Assembly (NCBI GenBank): GCA_030141605.1
Contig: JAQGDQ010000005.1
Span: 1-64,000, forward strand
Length of the DNA stretch: 64,000 nucleotides
Origin: Tubiluchus corallicola
Taxonomy: Eukaryota > Animalia > Priapulida
Direction of reading: 5' to 3'
Below the pieces are notes generated by a model. That model was not told where the DNA came from and searched no databases. It worked only from the letters and a program-made list of their open reading frames with translations. Positions 42,051-54,250 of the stretch are shown one piece after another (position 1 is the first letter of the stretch; each line of letters starts with the position of its first letter). The translations under genes and the position numbers were made by a program.

Positions 42051-42748
42051 GAATGTACCTCTTGGTGCTCCAACGCTGAACACCTACCACTGTAAGACCA
42101 ATACTACACATCCAGACACCCAAACCCTTTGTTCTTCATCATTTGCTTATTTCGTCACTGGCTCTTGGACTATAAGCTCTATAAAGTGACACAATTTCTA
42201 ACTTGTGATTTATTATTTGCTTATTGTTATAGCGACAGATGGTAAAGCATCTCGGAACTATTATGCTTCGATGACCAATGAATAGATTTGAAGAGTCTAA
42301 AGTGGCATTAAGGCAAGCAGAATGTTGCTGTTTAAAGGTCCCAAGCGGCACATTTTAGACGCATTCGAACCTTGAACAGTATAATTATGTTTTATGCAGT
42401 GTGCTTCGTTACACGATAAAAACAAGTGGACGGCAATAATAGTTACTAGTTACTACTTCGTTTTAAACAAAACAGCAAATTTTAAAATTTTATGAAAAAT
42501 AAGAAAATACTTCTAAAAGTTGTTTTCGTAAAATACTGGTCTTTTATAAATACTAGTAATATTAAAAATTAAGAAATAACCAGACATAAGCAGACATAAG
42601 TAGACATAAGCAGTTTTCAAAAAACAACTTTTTGTTTTATAAAAACTACATAATATCATTCAATAAAATCACCTCAGTTAGAATTTCGGGAAAGCTACAT
42701 GGAAAGAGGTAAATACATGCAGACAAACAGGGAGGAAGAAGCGGGAGG

Positions 42749-42750
<2 letters not shown>

Positions 42751-42796
<46 letters not shown>
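42751..42796. repeat. (GA)n microsatellite
   Basis: Direct reading. Confidence 0.97.
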
Positions 42797-42799
<3 letters not shown>

Positions 42800-44617
42800 A
42801 CGCTTTACGTGGTGTAATTTTACTAATTGATTCATTTTACATTCTGAAACTTTGAAGCGTTCTGGAAATAGAGAAGCGATTTCTTATTTTACTGTACCCT
42901 GCGACAGACCAAGCATATTGTTACAATACTAAAAAATAAATGGCATGCCTGCGCTCTTTCACGGGAACTGAGCTAGCGTCAAAGAAAATGAGAATAAAAA
43001 CCAAAAAACTTGCATCCGGGATAATCTATATGTAACGGGTAATTTATCTGGGATAAAAGTCGTTAACAAACGCATCACTGAACTGAAACAGCGCTAGACA
43101 AACTGAAAGGCAAAGATCTTAACGATCTAAATGATTTAACACGACGGACGTGATGAAATATGCAGACAAACCAAGAAATGACTGCAGTTTTACAATGGGT
43201 GTTAAATTTTCTGTTAACCAGAGAACGCATTAAACCATCACAGAAAATGGGATACGGGTTCACTGCATTTCACATCTTTCCAAAGTCGACCATGTAATCA
43301 TTCCTAGAAAATTAGAGAAGCGGACGCTGGTCATTCTTCGCCCATGTTTTCTCCTATTTGCTTGTGCCCAGCAATGACCAATACAAGAGAAGATTAAAGA
43401 CGCTTTGATAAATATATTACGCGCCAGTTGCCGATTTTCATTGGCAATTATCAGCAGATGCAATTTGACCGCGTCAACATTAATAAGCAAGTTTGTCAAC
43501 TAGGGACTCGGGCGGCGTCTTGGAGTCAGGCGAATATGTTTAATTATTGGCGCATTGTCTCAAACTTATTGCTCCGAAAAACTCCTCCGAGAAATCAATT
43601 GAATATCCAAGAAAGTGTGTAAAGACAGTTGAGCGGAGCACTTGCGTGAAATTGACTGGTCATTATAATCCCATGACATTTTGGACGTCAATGACCATCG
43701 CCACGCATCAAATTGTGGGATAAAGTCGGAACGTAGCAAACGAAACAAAGAAATGACATATTTAATTTAAAACAGCTTTTGTGAAAGGCGCTCTGAAACC
43801 AATAGCAAAGCTCAGTAATGAAAAACAGCAATTTTCTTGTAAGTTTTGTACTAACTACAATGTATCAGTATTTTGATAACCGCACATTTGCATTTCCTAA
43901 AATAGCATAAATATTCTCATTAGCTTTTTTAATACCACGTCATTTTAAGGGCGTGTATATTTAAATGTCTAATATTAAGATAAACTTTTTTAACACTCTC
44001 AGCTCAATTAAGCAAAAAAAAGCTAGATGTCAATTAAGGCTTTGTTTCTACGCACTTTAGGCCTCTGTCTTTGCTGCCAATCTCCGCCAAGAACAACTTA
44101 TTAACAGCACTGCGAAAAACACACACAAAAGCTCAGAATCAATGTGTGTATTTCGGCACGACTCATTTTCAAGTAAGCTAAATAATTGCGTGTAGATTAG
44201 CAAACACGTGCCGTAAAGTGTGCAAACTCTGAGACATATGGGCTGAGATGATAAGTACTTAATCAACCATGTTTAATCGCTTTGACAGAACAGCTTCTGC
44301 TTAAAAACATCCCCTGTTGAATTTCATGCCGCCTGTTGTTGTGAAAGGTATAGTAAAATGTTACTATTGGAGTAATTAAAAATATTCAATAAAAGAAAGT
44401 TATATAGGCGAAAAGTTATTTAGTCGTAGGCTTAAGTAAGTAGTATGCGTCTACCTGGGTATTTAAAAATCAAGATAAAGCAGTTTCATGTAGGCTATAA
44501 ATCACAATATTTTCTTAATTTTGTATAATTGTCCAAAAATAAATATTTTTGTCACAGGTTACGTCATCTGTCTCTCGTTTCCACTTCCACTTTCGAGCTT
44601 TCTCCCTCTCTCTTTTA

Positions 44618-44691
44618 AGGCCCGTTTTGACTAGCGTTTTTATTGCTGTATTTACAAAATTTCAAATCAAAAACGCTCGTCAAACGGGCCT
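44618..44691. mobile_element. 74-bp PIF/Harbinger-like micro-MITE
   Basis: TIRs AGGCCCGTTTTGACTAGCGTTTTT / AAAAACGCTCGTCAAACGGGCCT, flanked by TTA on both sides (44615-44617, 44692-44694). Confidence 0.7.
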
Positions 44692-46156
44692 TTACGCAGC
44701 AAGCAACTAAAAACGCCGCTGGCAGCTGTATTACATTTCTCTCTTCCTATCCATTACATCAACTTGGTTTTTCATCATGTACACATTGGTGCAAATTAAA
44801 TGAAAATTTTGTTAAATGATAACAAGAACATAAATAGAAGTGCAAATGTTGCTTAAATGTCGAAATTTAGGACTTTTTTAATGACACATAATCAATTAGC
44901 TCACTCAACTCAGTGCCATTTCTTCTTTTTTATCAATTTATGTTGCCTTATCAAAAAATGCTTGTGCTAAGTCACTCCGTTAAGCCAAAAATGCTAAGCT
45001 ATTTTTCCAAGTGTTCCTTAGAACTATACTTGTAAGAAACATTGATTTTAAACAGATTAGAGTCCCTACTAACTGCAAGAGTATTCAAAAATATGTATAT
45101 ATTGTGGTACGTAACAATAAGTGCAATTTATAATAATAAGGTGCTAGTTCCTAATAAGCATCTCTGTTTTTGCAACAAATGTGTGCTTTAACGAGAATTA
45201 CGCTATTCTTAGCAACATAAATTTCAGGATGATTTTACATGGACGTCCTGCAACTGTTTGATGTTATATATGTAAGTCAAAAAATGTTGGAATAGTAATC
45301 GATGCCCCTGTGTACCTTATCTTGAATCTGAAAGCTGAATACACTGAAAAAATTTGAAAAGCTATTTTCTCCCAAAAGACGATACACTTCAATTAAACGA
45401 TTAAACCTGTATGACCAAAGACAAGCATATTTCCTTACGATGCTCTTTGTTATTCACATATGCCTTACAATGATAACAATGATGAAAGAATAATTCTTCA
45501 AAGGTAATGTAATGGGTTAAAAAATGTACCAGACATTAGGCCAGTAATACAATGATAGGAGATGCAGATTTTAAAATAAAAACCTGTTTTAATTTTGCAA
45601 AAGTTTACAAGTATGTAATACATTTGTGCGAATGTTTTTTAATATCAAGCTCCTGGTTTTCTACATTAGTTCTATGCAAGCTACATTTCTTTCTAATGGC
45701 TGGTCAAGACCAGACATTATAATGATATCATACCATATAGGATATTAAAGGTTGTAACTTGCACTCAGTAACTGTAGTGAAGGAGTTATTCTATTGAAAG
45801 CGGTTTCTTTAACTATTGGTATTCTTGGTACTCTGCTTGCATAGAGATACAATTCTGTACTGAAGATGATTTGGCTGTCTGTGTAAATTACTGAGCTGCT
45901 CTGAGTTCAACCCATCTAAGATTTATTAGATATTTGTACCTGTAAATTTTGTACTTTACAATTAAAATTAATTAGTTTCCATGTTTATAACACCAGTTAT
46001 AACAGAAACACTTAATCTTGAATAATTTACTGAAGATGATCAAAAGTGCGAAAACTTATGAAACAGATCAAAATATTGGAACTCTTACAAATATTACAAG
46101 ATTTCACTAAGGCTGTGTTATTAAAGTTGTGTGTATACTACTAATGTGCTATCAGA

Positions 46157-46253
46157 CTACAATAATTGTATACTTGGCTCTTCTTCATCACTGTCAAATT
46201 CTGCATCAGGTGACTTAACCCACTTTCCATCAGAACTCAGATTCCAGCCTGAG
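46157..46253 (-). CDS. SCNM1: SCNM1 exon 6 (acidic C-terminus)
   Basis: SSGWNLSSDGKWVKSPDAEFDSDEEEPSIQLL* vs SSGWIPDGRGRWVKDENVEFDSDEEEP; joined CDS is 861 nt (286 aa). Confidence 0.94.
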
Positions 46254-46923
46254 CTAAATGCATAAAGAAAAAAGAATTACAACAGAAGAGCTTCAGTATT
46301 AGAAATAATTAACAGACAGATATTTGCTGGCTTCTCAGCAAATATCTTAAAAAATGCATACCAATACCTTGAGAAACATATGAAACACCACGCTGCTTGA
46401 CTATAGTAAAAGTGCAAATTTTTACACTTCAGAGGGAAGAATTCTTGGAAGCAAAAACATAAACAAATGTAAATGTAATCAGTCTATGATTAGATAGACA
46501 TTCTGTAATATGCTAGAAAACAACTTGCAGATATACAGTTTATGAAGATTTGTTTTAAAGTAAAGATTACTGCATAGGGGTTTTAAACTTCAATATTTAG
46601 TGCACTCTGCTAGATTTTGCTACATCACCAGTTGCACAGCAGTAGCTCTTTATACTAGAGCATTTATTAAAAGAGAAAGAAGAGCAAAAAGAAAAGATGA
46701 TAATGTACAGTGATTGCGTATTACAAATTTCAGAATTTTGCTGAAATACATTAACAAAACACAAAAAATGCTTACAAATCAGGAAGTAAATGAGAGACAA
46801 TACTGTGACAGATGGTTTAATAATATCTGTTATTTTAATTGTGTAAAACTATAACATATTCAAAGACTGCAGACATGTAAAGTGGATATATTCTAATACA
46901 GGTGAGCAAAACAAATCAAATAC

Positions 46924-47369
46924 CTTTTTAAACGCACAAAGTTTTCAGCTTTCCTCCTACTGTCCTCAGACATTTCTGGAACAACAGGTTGTTTGGCTAC
47001 CTTTGGTCGCCTAAAACAGTGAGTATGGACAAAAACTTCCGATTCTCTTGATTTCTGATTATCACTAAATTGTCGGTCTAAGGAACTAATCTTCTGCACA
47101 TGTCCTAACCTATCTTGCAACTCATTCGAGAGACCAGCTTTGAAAAGACAGTCAAGATTAGCCTGTTGTGGTGGTGCAACTTTTTGTTGCTTTCTCTGTT
47201 TTTTGAAATGTCTCTTGTAAGGCTTAACTGTTTGTTGAGTTTCTGTAGCTTCAGTTTGTGTTTTTAATTGTAAACAATGCCTTCTGTTGTTGGACGATGC
47301 CTTTTTCTTTTTGGTTCGACTATCATATGGTGCATTAGCAAGAAGTCCACGTCCTAACACTCCAGCTTT
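46924..47369 (-). CDS. SCNM1: SCNM1 exon 5
   Basis: TTTCAG acceptor; KAGVLGRGLLANAPYDSR...MSEDSRRKAENFVRLK (cf. SCNM1 APHYNS and MSPTRRRALDHYLTLR); GTATTT donor, phase 2. Confidence 0.87.
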
Positions 47370-48362
47370 CTGAAATAGAATGTTATACAAATTAGACTGC
47401 AGTACTGTACTGTCATCTGCCCATGCATACATTGTTGTGGGCAGCATAGAGAAAATTCTAAAATAATAGCATAATACTGTAAAATTATCTGGAAAGATCA
47501 GTAACATGTAACAGTCTTTCTAGAAATTTCTGAAACCTGCAAGTAAACAAAATAGACTGCCTTACGAATTGAATGTATTGTGCATATTAACTGTTTTTAC
47601 TGTGTGTGTGAATTTCATGCTTTTGATTTTCATTTATATACATTTTATAACTGCTGTTGATACACTGATACACCTGTTTATTATTTGTGCTTTGTGATAG
47701 TTGTATTAATTACTACTTGTATGTGCCTTAGTAATTTTAGGGGGCATTAAAGACTTTAGTGTTCTACTCAGAAATTAATTTCAACTGTTTTGTTGTAGGT
47801 AATTTTATATAATTATTTCAATAATAGGTGCTTTGTTATGCCTAGTCCTTAATTAAAAGTTATTCTCTTTGCTGGTTTCATTCTCCAAAGCGAACCTATT
47901 TCAATTGGTCCCTTTGGTTTAACATGTAATGGCATAAAAAAATCATGCAAATTCAGCATACAGTAACGCATGACAAGAGAGTCATAAGACTTCTGTATTG
48001 GAAATTCTTTCCATTTCATGTATTAAGTGCAATCATTAGGCAAAAGGTCGGCTTTCTGAATTTATTTACAATGTTTATTAAGTTGCTCAGAAAAAGTGGG
48101 CAGAATAAAAGCAATCCTGCCATTTTGATGCTGATTGCGAATCCATGAAATCAGGCATTAAGTTAAAGTTAAGGTGACTATCTGGCCTGTGTTGTAGTGA
48201 CATGCACTTCATCTTGGACAACTCCACAAGTGCATGTGCATTGTTCTCTGGGAAGTTTGGACAAACATCAAATAAACACTTGTCTATCGGTGAATCATGC
48301 ATTAACACCAATTGGCTTTGTATACACTACACAGAAATGATCGGAATAGCCAAGAAATTTAC

Positions 48363-48469
48363 CACATCAGTTTTTAATGTTACTGTTCCATCACTCAGAT
48401 ACTGTTCATGTTGCCGTTTGAGAATCAATTGCTGTAGTTCTTCTTTTTCCTTCAAAAATGCTTTGTGAC
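48363..48469 (-). CDS. SCNM1: SCNM1 exon 4
   Basis: CTGTAG acceptor in the required phase; HKAFLKEKEELQQLILKRQHEQYLSDGTVTLKTDV; GTAAAT donor, phase 0 (a nearby in-phase GTAACA donor is an alternative). Confidence 0.8.
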
Positions 48470-50485
48470 CTACAGATACAAATTAAGCAGAATCAAGATA
48501 ATTTATCAATCCATAAATTTCTGAACCAGATGAGCACTACTTAGCTAACCTAAAAATAAAAAAATCTTAAAAATTTTCGGTGCACTAAAATAACTCATAG
48601 GGTTTAAGTGGAATAAACAGTGGAAAGATGTCCATTTTAAACACCCAGATGTCTTTACAAATATATGAAATTAAGTAAGACAATGTTAAAGATGCAGCAC
48701 ACCATAAAAAAACTTTGGTTTAAAAGAAAGATTATGCAGTGATGTCACTGGTGCCAAAGCGTATTTGTGCTAGAGTAGAATTTAATGCAATTTCGTTCAA
48801 AATCAAGCAAAATAGCTAGTTAAATGTCAAATATACTATAATAAGTGTTACAATTTACATGTTACATTCAAGAAAAATAAATGTGTATAACGAAGTACAG
48901 TTTTATCAATAATTTTTATTTGAAAAGTAGTTGGCAGTAAGAAGTTACTCGATCGGTAGTTAAGCATGCTTAGTGCCTGACATTACAATAAATATATAGC
49001 TAGTCTTTACTCTAAAAATCGTTAAAATGCTAAGTATATATTTCTCAGTTTAATCATCTTATTTCATGAGTTTTAATAAATAGTTTCAGAACTTTAATAT
49101 TTGTTTACAGTTTTCCTGACATTTTTATATTCATATAATGGATATAAAAGTACATATTACAATATTTTAAGATCCCATGCTATAAATTACTAAAGTGCAA
49201 ACCAGAAATGGATGCTATAAACCCCAATAATTATGTCAAAGACTACATTCTATAATGCAAAACTATTGTGAAGCTCAAATAGGTAAAATATTGGGCACAG
49301 ATGCCATATTATAATTACTCACAGTGCAAGTTGGCTAAATTTGATACTGTTATAACTTCTCTTAGGAAACAATTTTTTCTGCATTAATAGTTCCATTAAA
49401 TTAACTGACGACCAGAACTATCAATATACAGACCATGATTTTATTTTAGGAGGTACTGCGCCTTTGATTGTGTGGTTACATAGAATGTCTGTGATGTTTC
49501 TGATGCTGCAGCAGCCATGGTATGCTTCATCAGCACACAATCACGGTAACATCTATATGAGGGTAATATCTACAATATTGTCACAACAATGTTCAACATT
49601 GTTAAGTTTTAATTTTACAAGTACATAGGAGTGATTTCAGTTATATGAAATTTTGTTTTCCATTTCCACCTGTCTGTGTATGTATATGACTTGCCAAGTG
49701 CAAAAAATATAGTGTACTTGGCAATATACATACATGCATTTCTATATGATAAAATGTAATCAAGATTATAAAAGAAACATATCATTGCTCTACATCAACA
49801 ATATATGTGCAAAGACCTGAGTAATGCATATTTCATCACATGAAATTTTTTTTGGTAACTATCCTACCGAGTAGAACTTTAGTTAGAAACGATTAAAAAA
49901 GAAAAAAGAAAAAATAGTGTAACCAATAAAAGCTGTAATGACAAGCATTTCCGAATCACCGGCAATTATTTTTACAGGCTTATTTACAATAAGATGACAC
50001 TGGCTTCATTTTGCAAACCACTCTGAATTATATTAATAAGTTAGACAATTTGCTCATGTATAGCGTGAGCAATGAGCATAATTACATAGCTACACTTTTT
50101 CTGATGAATGATACCTGTAATGTAGACACCATACTGTTTAGTTTAACTTTGTATTATATACTGAGTATAAAAATTAAGCGGTTTAAATTAGAGATGTTGT
50201 AGTATTTTGTGAGAATTGTTTTTTTGAAAAGCTTTAAACTTTAAACAGAAAATTCAGTGCTCAAGATATTGAGCTATTTGAAACATGGAGTAAGTTTTAA
50301 ACTTATACTAACACTTCGGGATCCTGAACAAGAATCTACTATTTAAATGCAAAGAGAAACAGAAATACCTCTAGTGGAACTAAATAACAGTAAACAAATA
50401 ACATTTGCCAAATGATCAGATGAATCTGTTCATAAACTGTTAGTTAATAACAAGCTGGTCAAAAATATAAATTTAATCCTCTTAC

Positions 50486-50574
50486 TTTGTGAATGTTTCT
50501 TTCCTTTTCGATGGAGCGCCAAAGCTGTAACATTGTCTAATACTGGCCGGTGCTTGCAAACTAAACACGCGTAC
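50486..50574 (-). CDS. SCNM1: SCNM1 exon 3 (matrin-type zinc finger)
   Basis: YACLVCKHRPVLDNVTALALHRKGKKH vs FACAICPHRPVLDTLAMLTAHRAGKKH; TAG acceptor, GTAAGA donor. Confidence 0.95.
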
Positions 50575-50946
50575 CTAAATCAAACAATAAATTCTGAGAT
50601 ATAAAGTATATTATTAGTAAGTAATAGCAATTTTGCAAAATCATATTATAAGATCACTATTACACAACACAATTTTTATTAAGATAAGAGTAACAAGAGT
50701 CCGAGACATTTAAGTATAATAGGATTTTTCAACTACACAATTTGTAAAAAAAGATCATAGACTAGAAAAGATTAAAAGATATAAGACGATGCATGTGAAA
50801 ACTTTATTTCAGTAATTTTAACTTTTACCTTTTTCAAAAATTGAAAAATAACAATCTACAAAGTAAAATTCATAAAATAGCATTTAACTTTTAGTGATAT
50901 GCAGCTACGCAAATTTGCACACACAAAAGTCACACAAGTAATTTAC

Positions 50947-51017
50947 CTTCCACTAGACATAAAATAGGCTTCGTCAGATGGTATATCGCTTGCAAATAAT
51001 TCTGCAACTCTTCTTTT
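50947..51017 (-). CDS. SCNM1: SCNM1 exon 2
   Basis: KRRVAELFASDIPSDEAYFMSSGR vs SCNM1 KRRVGDLLASYIPEDEALMLRDGR; AAG acceptor, GTAAAT donor, phases 0/2 consistent. Confidence 0.92.
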
Positions 51018-51386
51018 CTTCAAATAATAAAAAGCACAAATATGCATAGGTATTTAAGTGAAAGAATACAACTTCAACATATAACAACATGTCACGTTCT
51101 GATACTCCTTAAATTAATTCTAATTAGAGAAAACAATAATTTTAAGGCTTACAATCCCATTCCCATAACAATAATTTTTTAGACTTATAAAAGCCTGCAG
51201 CACTAATTTAAAATATGTGAAACGTTAATACTTGTATCTTTTTAACACATATATATTTACTATGTTTTACTGACGAATGCAGGATACTTAGATACTGCAT
51301 TTCTATTTAGTTCTTACTTAGTTAGCTACTGCATACTTATTTTGTTGCATTATGTTGCAATGATCACAGTACACCTTTGCATACTA

Positions 51387-52245
51387 CAGTAGTTGCCGCT
51401 TAATAGACTCACTTTGGGACCGACGTGTTTTGACCAAATTAACCGATTAAACCTATTAACCAATGGGTGTAGTATTACTGCTATAGAAGTATGAGTCATC
51501 AGCTTACTATGCACTGCAAAGGCTTTTAATCAATTTTAGAAACGAAGTAATGCCTAAATTCCTTTGTGCAGTTAGAAATTAGAAAAAATATTTTAAAATA
51601 TTAATTTATATAAGTGAATTAACAATAAATTAAAAAGTACACTTCAGTTTCTCCTTAACTGTTAAATCTTTACACTTATGGTCTTATTTCAAATTGCTTA
51701 ACTGTATGCCCTTATTTGCTGTATGATGTTTACTTAGTAAGTCACAAGGTATACTGGCTGATTACTGTACCTGCATCTTTGACTATTAACTCGTAAAGCC
51801 TGAAGGCGTGATTTGCAACTAGAGCATCAAAAGGAAACCGCTAGGCTAGTGATTAAATGTTTAGGTTCTAGAAATTCTTTGGGTAACGAGGTTAATTGCA
51901 GTGGGCTAGCGGGTAACACATTCAAAGCAAAACGGCTACCCTAGCGTATTAGCACACGACAAACGTGCCTGTTTACAAACAAAACAGTACTTAACATGAT
52001 TGTTTCTACATAATGCACAAAAAGGAAGTAAAGATGACATAAAAATAGGAAAAGCTGTTTGGGCACATACAAATGTTTTTTTAAGTATGTGAAGGAAAAA
52101 TATTGAGTCAATTAAGCGAATCTATTTGAGTCAATTACAGATAGTTTTTATGTATATTTGAATAGAAGCGGCCCGTTCCAGGTGTTGTTGAGTCGATTAA
52201 GCAATTGAGTCAATTAACTGTGAATCTATTAAGCGGTGACTACTG
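51387..52245. mobile_element. Tc1/mariner-pogo type MITE in SCNM1 intron 1
   Basis: TA|CAGTAGTTGCCGCTTAATAGA ... TCTATTAAGCGGTGACTACTG|TA; CAGT termini, TA TSD, subterminal GAGTCAATTA repeats. Confidence 0.88.
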
Positions 52246-52289
52246 TATCATAAAAATAGTAATGATCAAGGACTATGTTATATCGAGAA

Positions 52290-52715
52290 ATGTAGCTGTA
52301 ATTATTTTTATAAAGCTGTTGTTGGACCCATGTTGGAATATGTATCAGTTGTATGGTCACCGCGGTATGCTACTTTCAAGAAAGCTCTTGAAAGAACTCA
52401 GGATAGATGTACTTGTCTAACTATTGACTCAGATCCCTCTTCAATTTCTACTCTTGAGCAAAGGCGTGAGATTGTAGGCCTTGTGAACTGCTTCAAAAAA
52501 ATTAGTGGTAACACTATTCTGACAGAGACAAATTTTTTTCCAGGCCTTACAGTTCTTCGCGGTCACGAGTCCAAGTTATTTGTGCAATCCATTAGAACCA
52601 ACATCAGATCTCACTTTTTTGGGCATCGTCTAGATCAACCAGGGGAATCATGTTCCATCATCAACCATCAGTGCTTCAACAGTTGACGGTTTCAAAAGGC
52701 AGTTAAGGTCCTTGT
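52290..52715 (+). mobile_element. CR1/L2-type LINE 3' ORF2 remnant in SCNM1 intron 1 (antisense to the gene)
   Basis: LEYVSVVWSP...LERTQDR...TLEQRR....V..FK...LRGHESKL...RTNIRSHFFGHR, then frameshifted VDGFKRQL; the typical CR1-group C-terminal motif series. Confidence 0.8.
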
Positions 52716-52843
52716 TACCATCTAGGGCCTTATTTCTTTGGATAATATATTCACATGGAACAATCGCGGAACATGGAAGACGCCTTTTGGATTAACAGTT
52801 GCTCTTTGGGGCTTTATCTGTGTGACACGGGCCTAAATCTCAC

Positions 52844-52894
52844 CTTAACATTCCCTAGCAATGAACAGTCATCGCCGTCCCTCTTGAAAGACAT
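52844..52894 (-). CDS. SCNM1: SCNM1 exon 1
   Basis: MSFKRDGDDCSLLGNVK then GTGAGA donor; matches SCNM1 N-terminus MSFKREGDDWSQLNVLK. Confidence 0.92.
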
Positions 52895-52989
52895 AATTAT
52901 GGGTGAAGCATTTAAGTTACAAACTTTAATATGAAATTGAAACAAAATCGGCGAAATTATTGCTAAACAAATTTTCCGTGCAAAGTGTC

Positions 52990-53558
52990 TGTTGGGCGCC
53001 GAGTAATCCGCTAGCCGAAGTAGGACAATTGGCGTACATGGGCTAGCCCAAGTAGGACAACTAGAGACAGAAATTTAGTCGTTAACCGTACTGGTAGCAC
53101 CCGTTGTCCTTGTTTATTTAATAGTAATAATTGAAAACGTCAAAAACGTTGAATAATTTATTATACATCTGGTAAAATAAAAATCTTATTTTGATTGAGT
53201 TAGTAAAATTGCCAATATTAAATTTGGCTTCCATATTAATCTTTTTGAAGTGTTATGCACTTAGTTAGTGAAATAACATTAGTTATTTAATGTTATGATG
53301 ATGTTATTGGAGCTAATACTAATGATGACATTTTTGTAAAAAATACATTGTAAATTGCCAAGGAGTATCCGTCATTATTATAAGTTACTTTTTTTTAAAA
53401 CAAATTTAGTTTTACGTTTCATTATGTCATAATTCTCGACAGAGACACCGGTGTCCTACTTGGGCTGCCCATGTACGAAACTGCTGTTACGCAAATTTAG
53501 CACATGCGTTTTATCCGAAGTGTCCTACTTCGGCTAGTGGATTACTCGGCGCCCTACA
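52990..53558. mobile_element. 569-bp MITE with TGT...ACA termini and 5-bp TSD (Ginger2-like) upstream of SCNM1
   Basis: TIR TGTTGGGCGCCGAGTAATCCGCTAGCCGAAGTAGGACA vs reverse complement of right end TGTAGGGCGCCGAGTAATCCACTAGCCGAAGTAGGACA (36/38); GTGTC at 52985-52989 and 53559-53563. Confidence 0.88.
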
Positions 53559-53679
53559 GTGTCGAATCAGTTTTCCTAATTTTCACATCTGTAAAGGGAA
53601 ATCATCCCCAACCAGCGTCAAATGATTTCGTTTCTATCACGCATTTGTTCATGCAGTACCACTGCGACCGCTTCACAGA

Positions 53680-54250
53680 CTATTTTTCCCAAAAATAATT
53701 ATAATTATATTGTTATTTGAAAACTCGTTTCACAAAAAAAAAAAAAATTCATCGGCGAATCTTTAACAGAAAATTAGGGCTACGTTTTTAATTGTATTAA
53801 TTATTTACCCCCAACTATGAGCAAAAAGCCTATTTATAGGCTTCGCCCTGTCGATCTACAATAATCTACGGCAGGGCAAAAATCGTAAGATCTACTAGTT
53901 TAGTAGGATAATTACACCTTTGATTTATCTACTTCTGTTTGCCTCTCTATTTTCCCCCCTTCCTATATTCGTCCTGCCCCTCTCTTTCCCTCCTGCCTCC
54001 TCCCCTCCTCTCCTCTGCCTTTTTCTGCCCTTTGTCTCTTCCTCCCTCTCTATCCTTCTCATCATCTCCCACACTCCCTCGCTCTCTCCCTGTCACCTGT
54101 CATTCTCTCTCTCTCTCTCTCTGTCTGTCTCTCTCCCTCGATCTCTTTCCTCTCTCGCTCTCTCATTCAGTCTTTCTGTTGACCTCTAAATTATTTATAA
54201 TGCTGATTAACGACTATCAGAAATTAAAATCACTGAAAGTGATGCAATGC
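53680..54250 (+). mobile_element. Truncated second copy of the CT-core element at 9016-10544
   Basis: Shares GAAAA.TCGTTTCACA, TTTAACAGAAA..T..GG.TACGTTTTTAATTG, AGTAGGATAAT, the CT tract and AATTATTTATA.TGCT with 9160-9800. Confidence 0.7.

Noticed and set aside
48087-48362. In-frame ORF after a possible 36-nt intron following SCNM1 exon 4
   Set aside because: The intron would be implausibly short and the product lacks SCNM1 similarity; the exon 5-6 path gives the conserved C-terminus.
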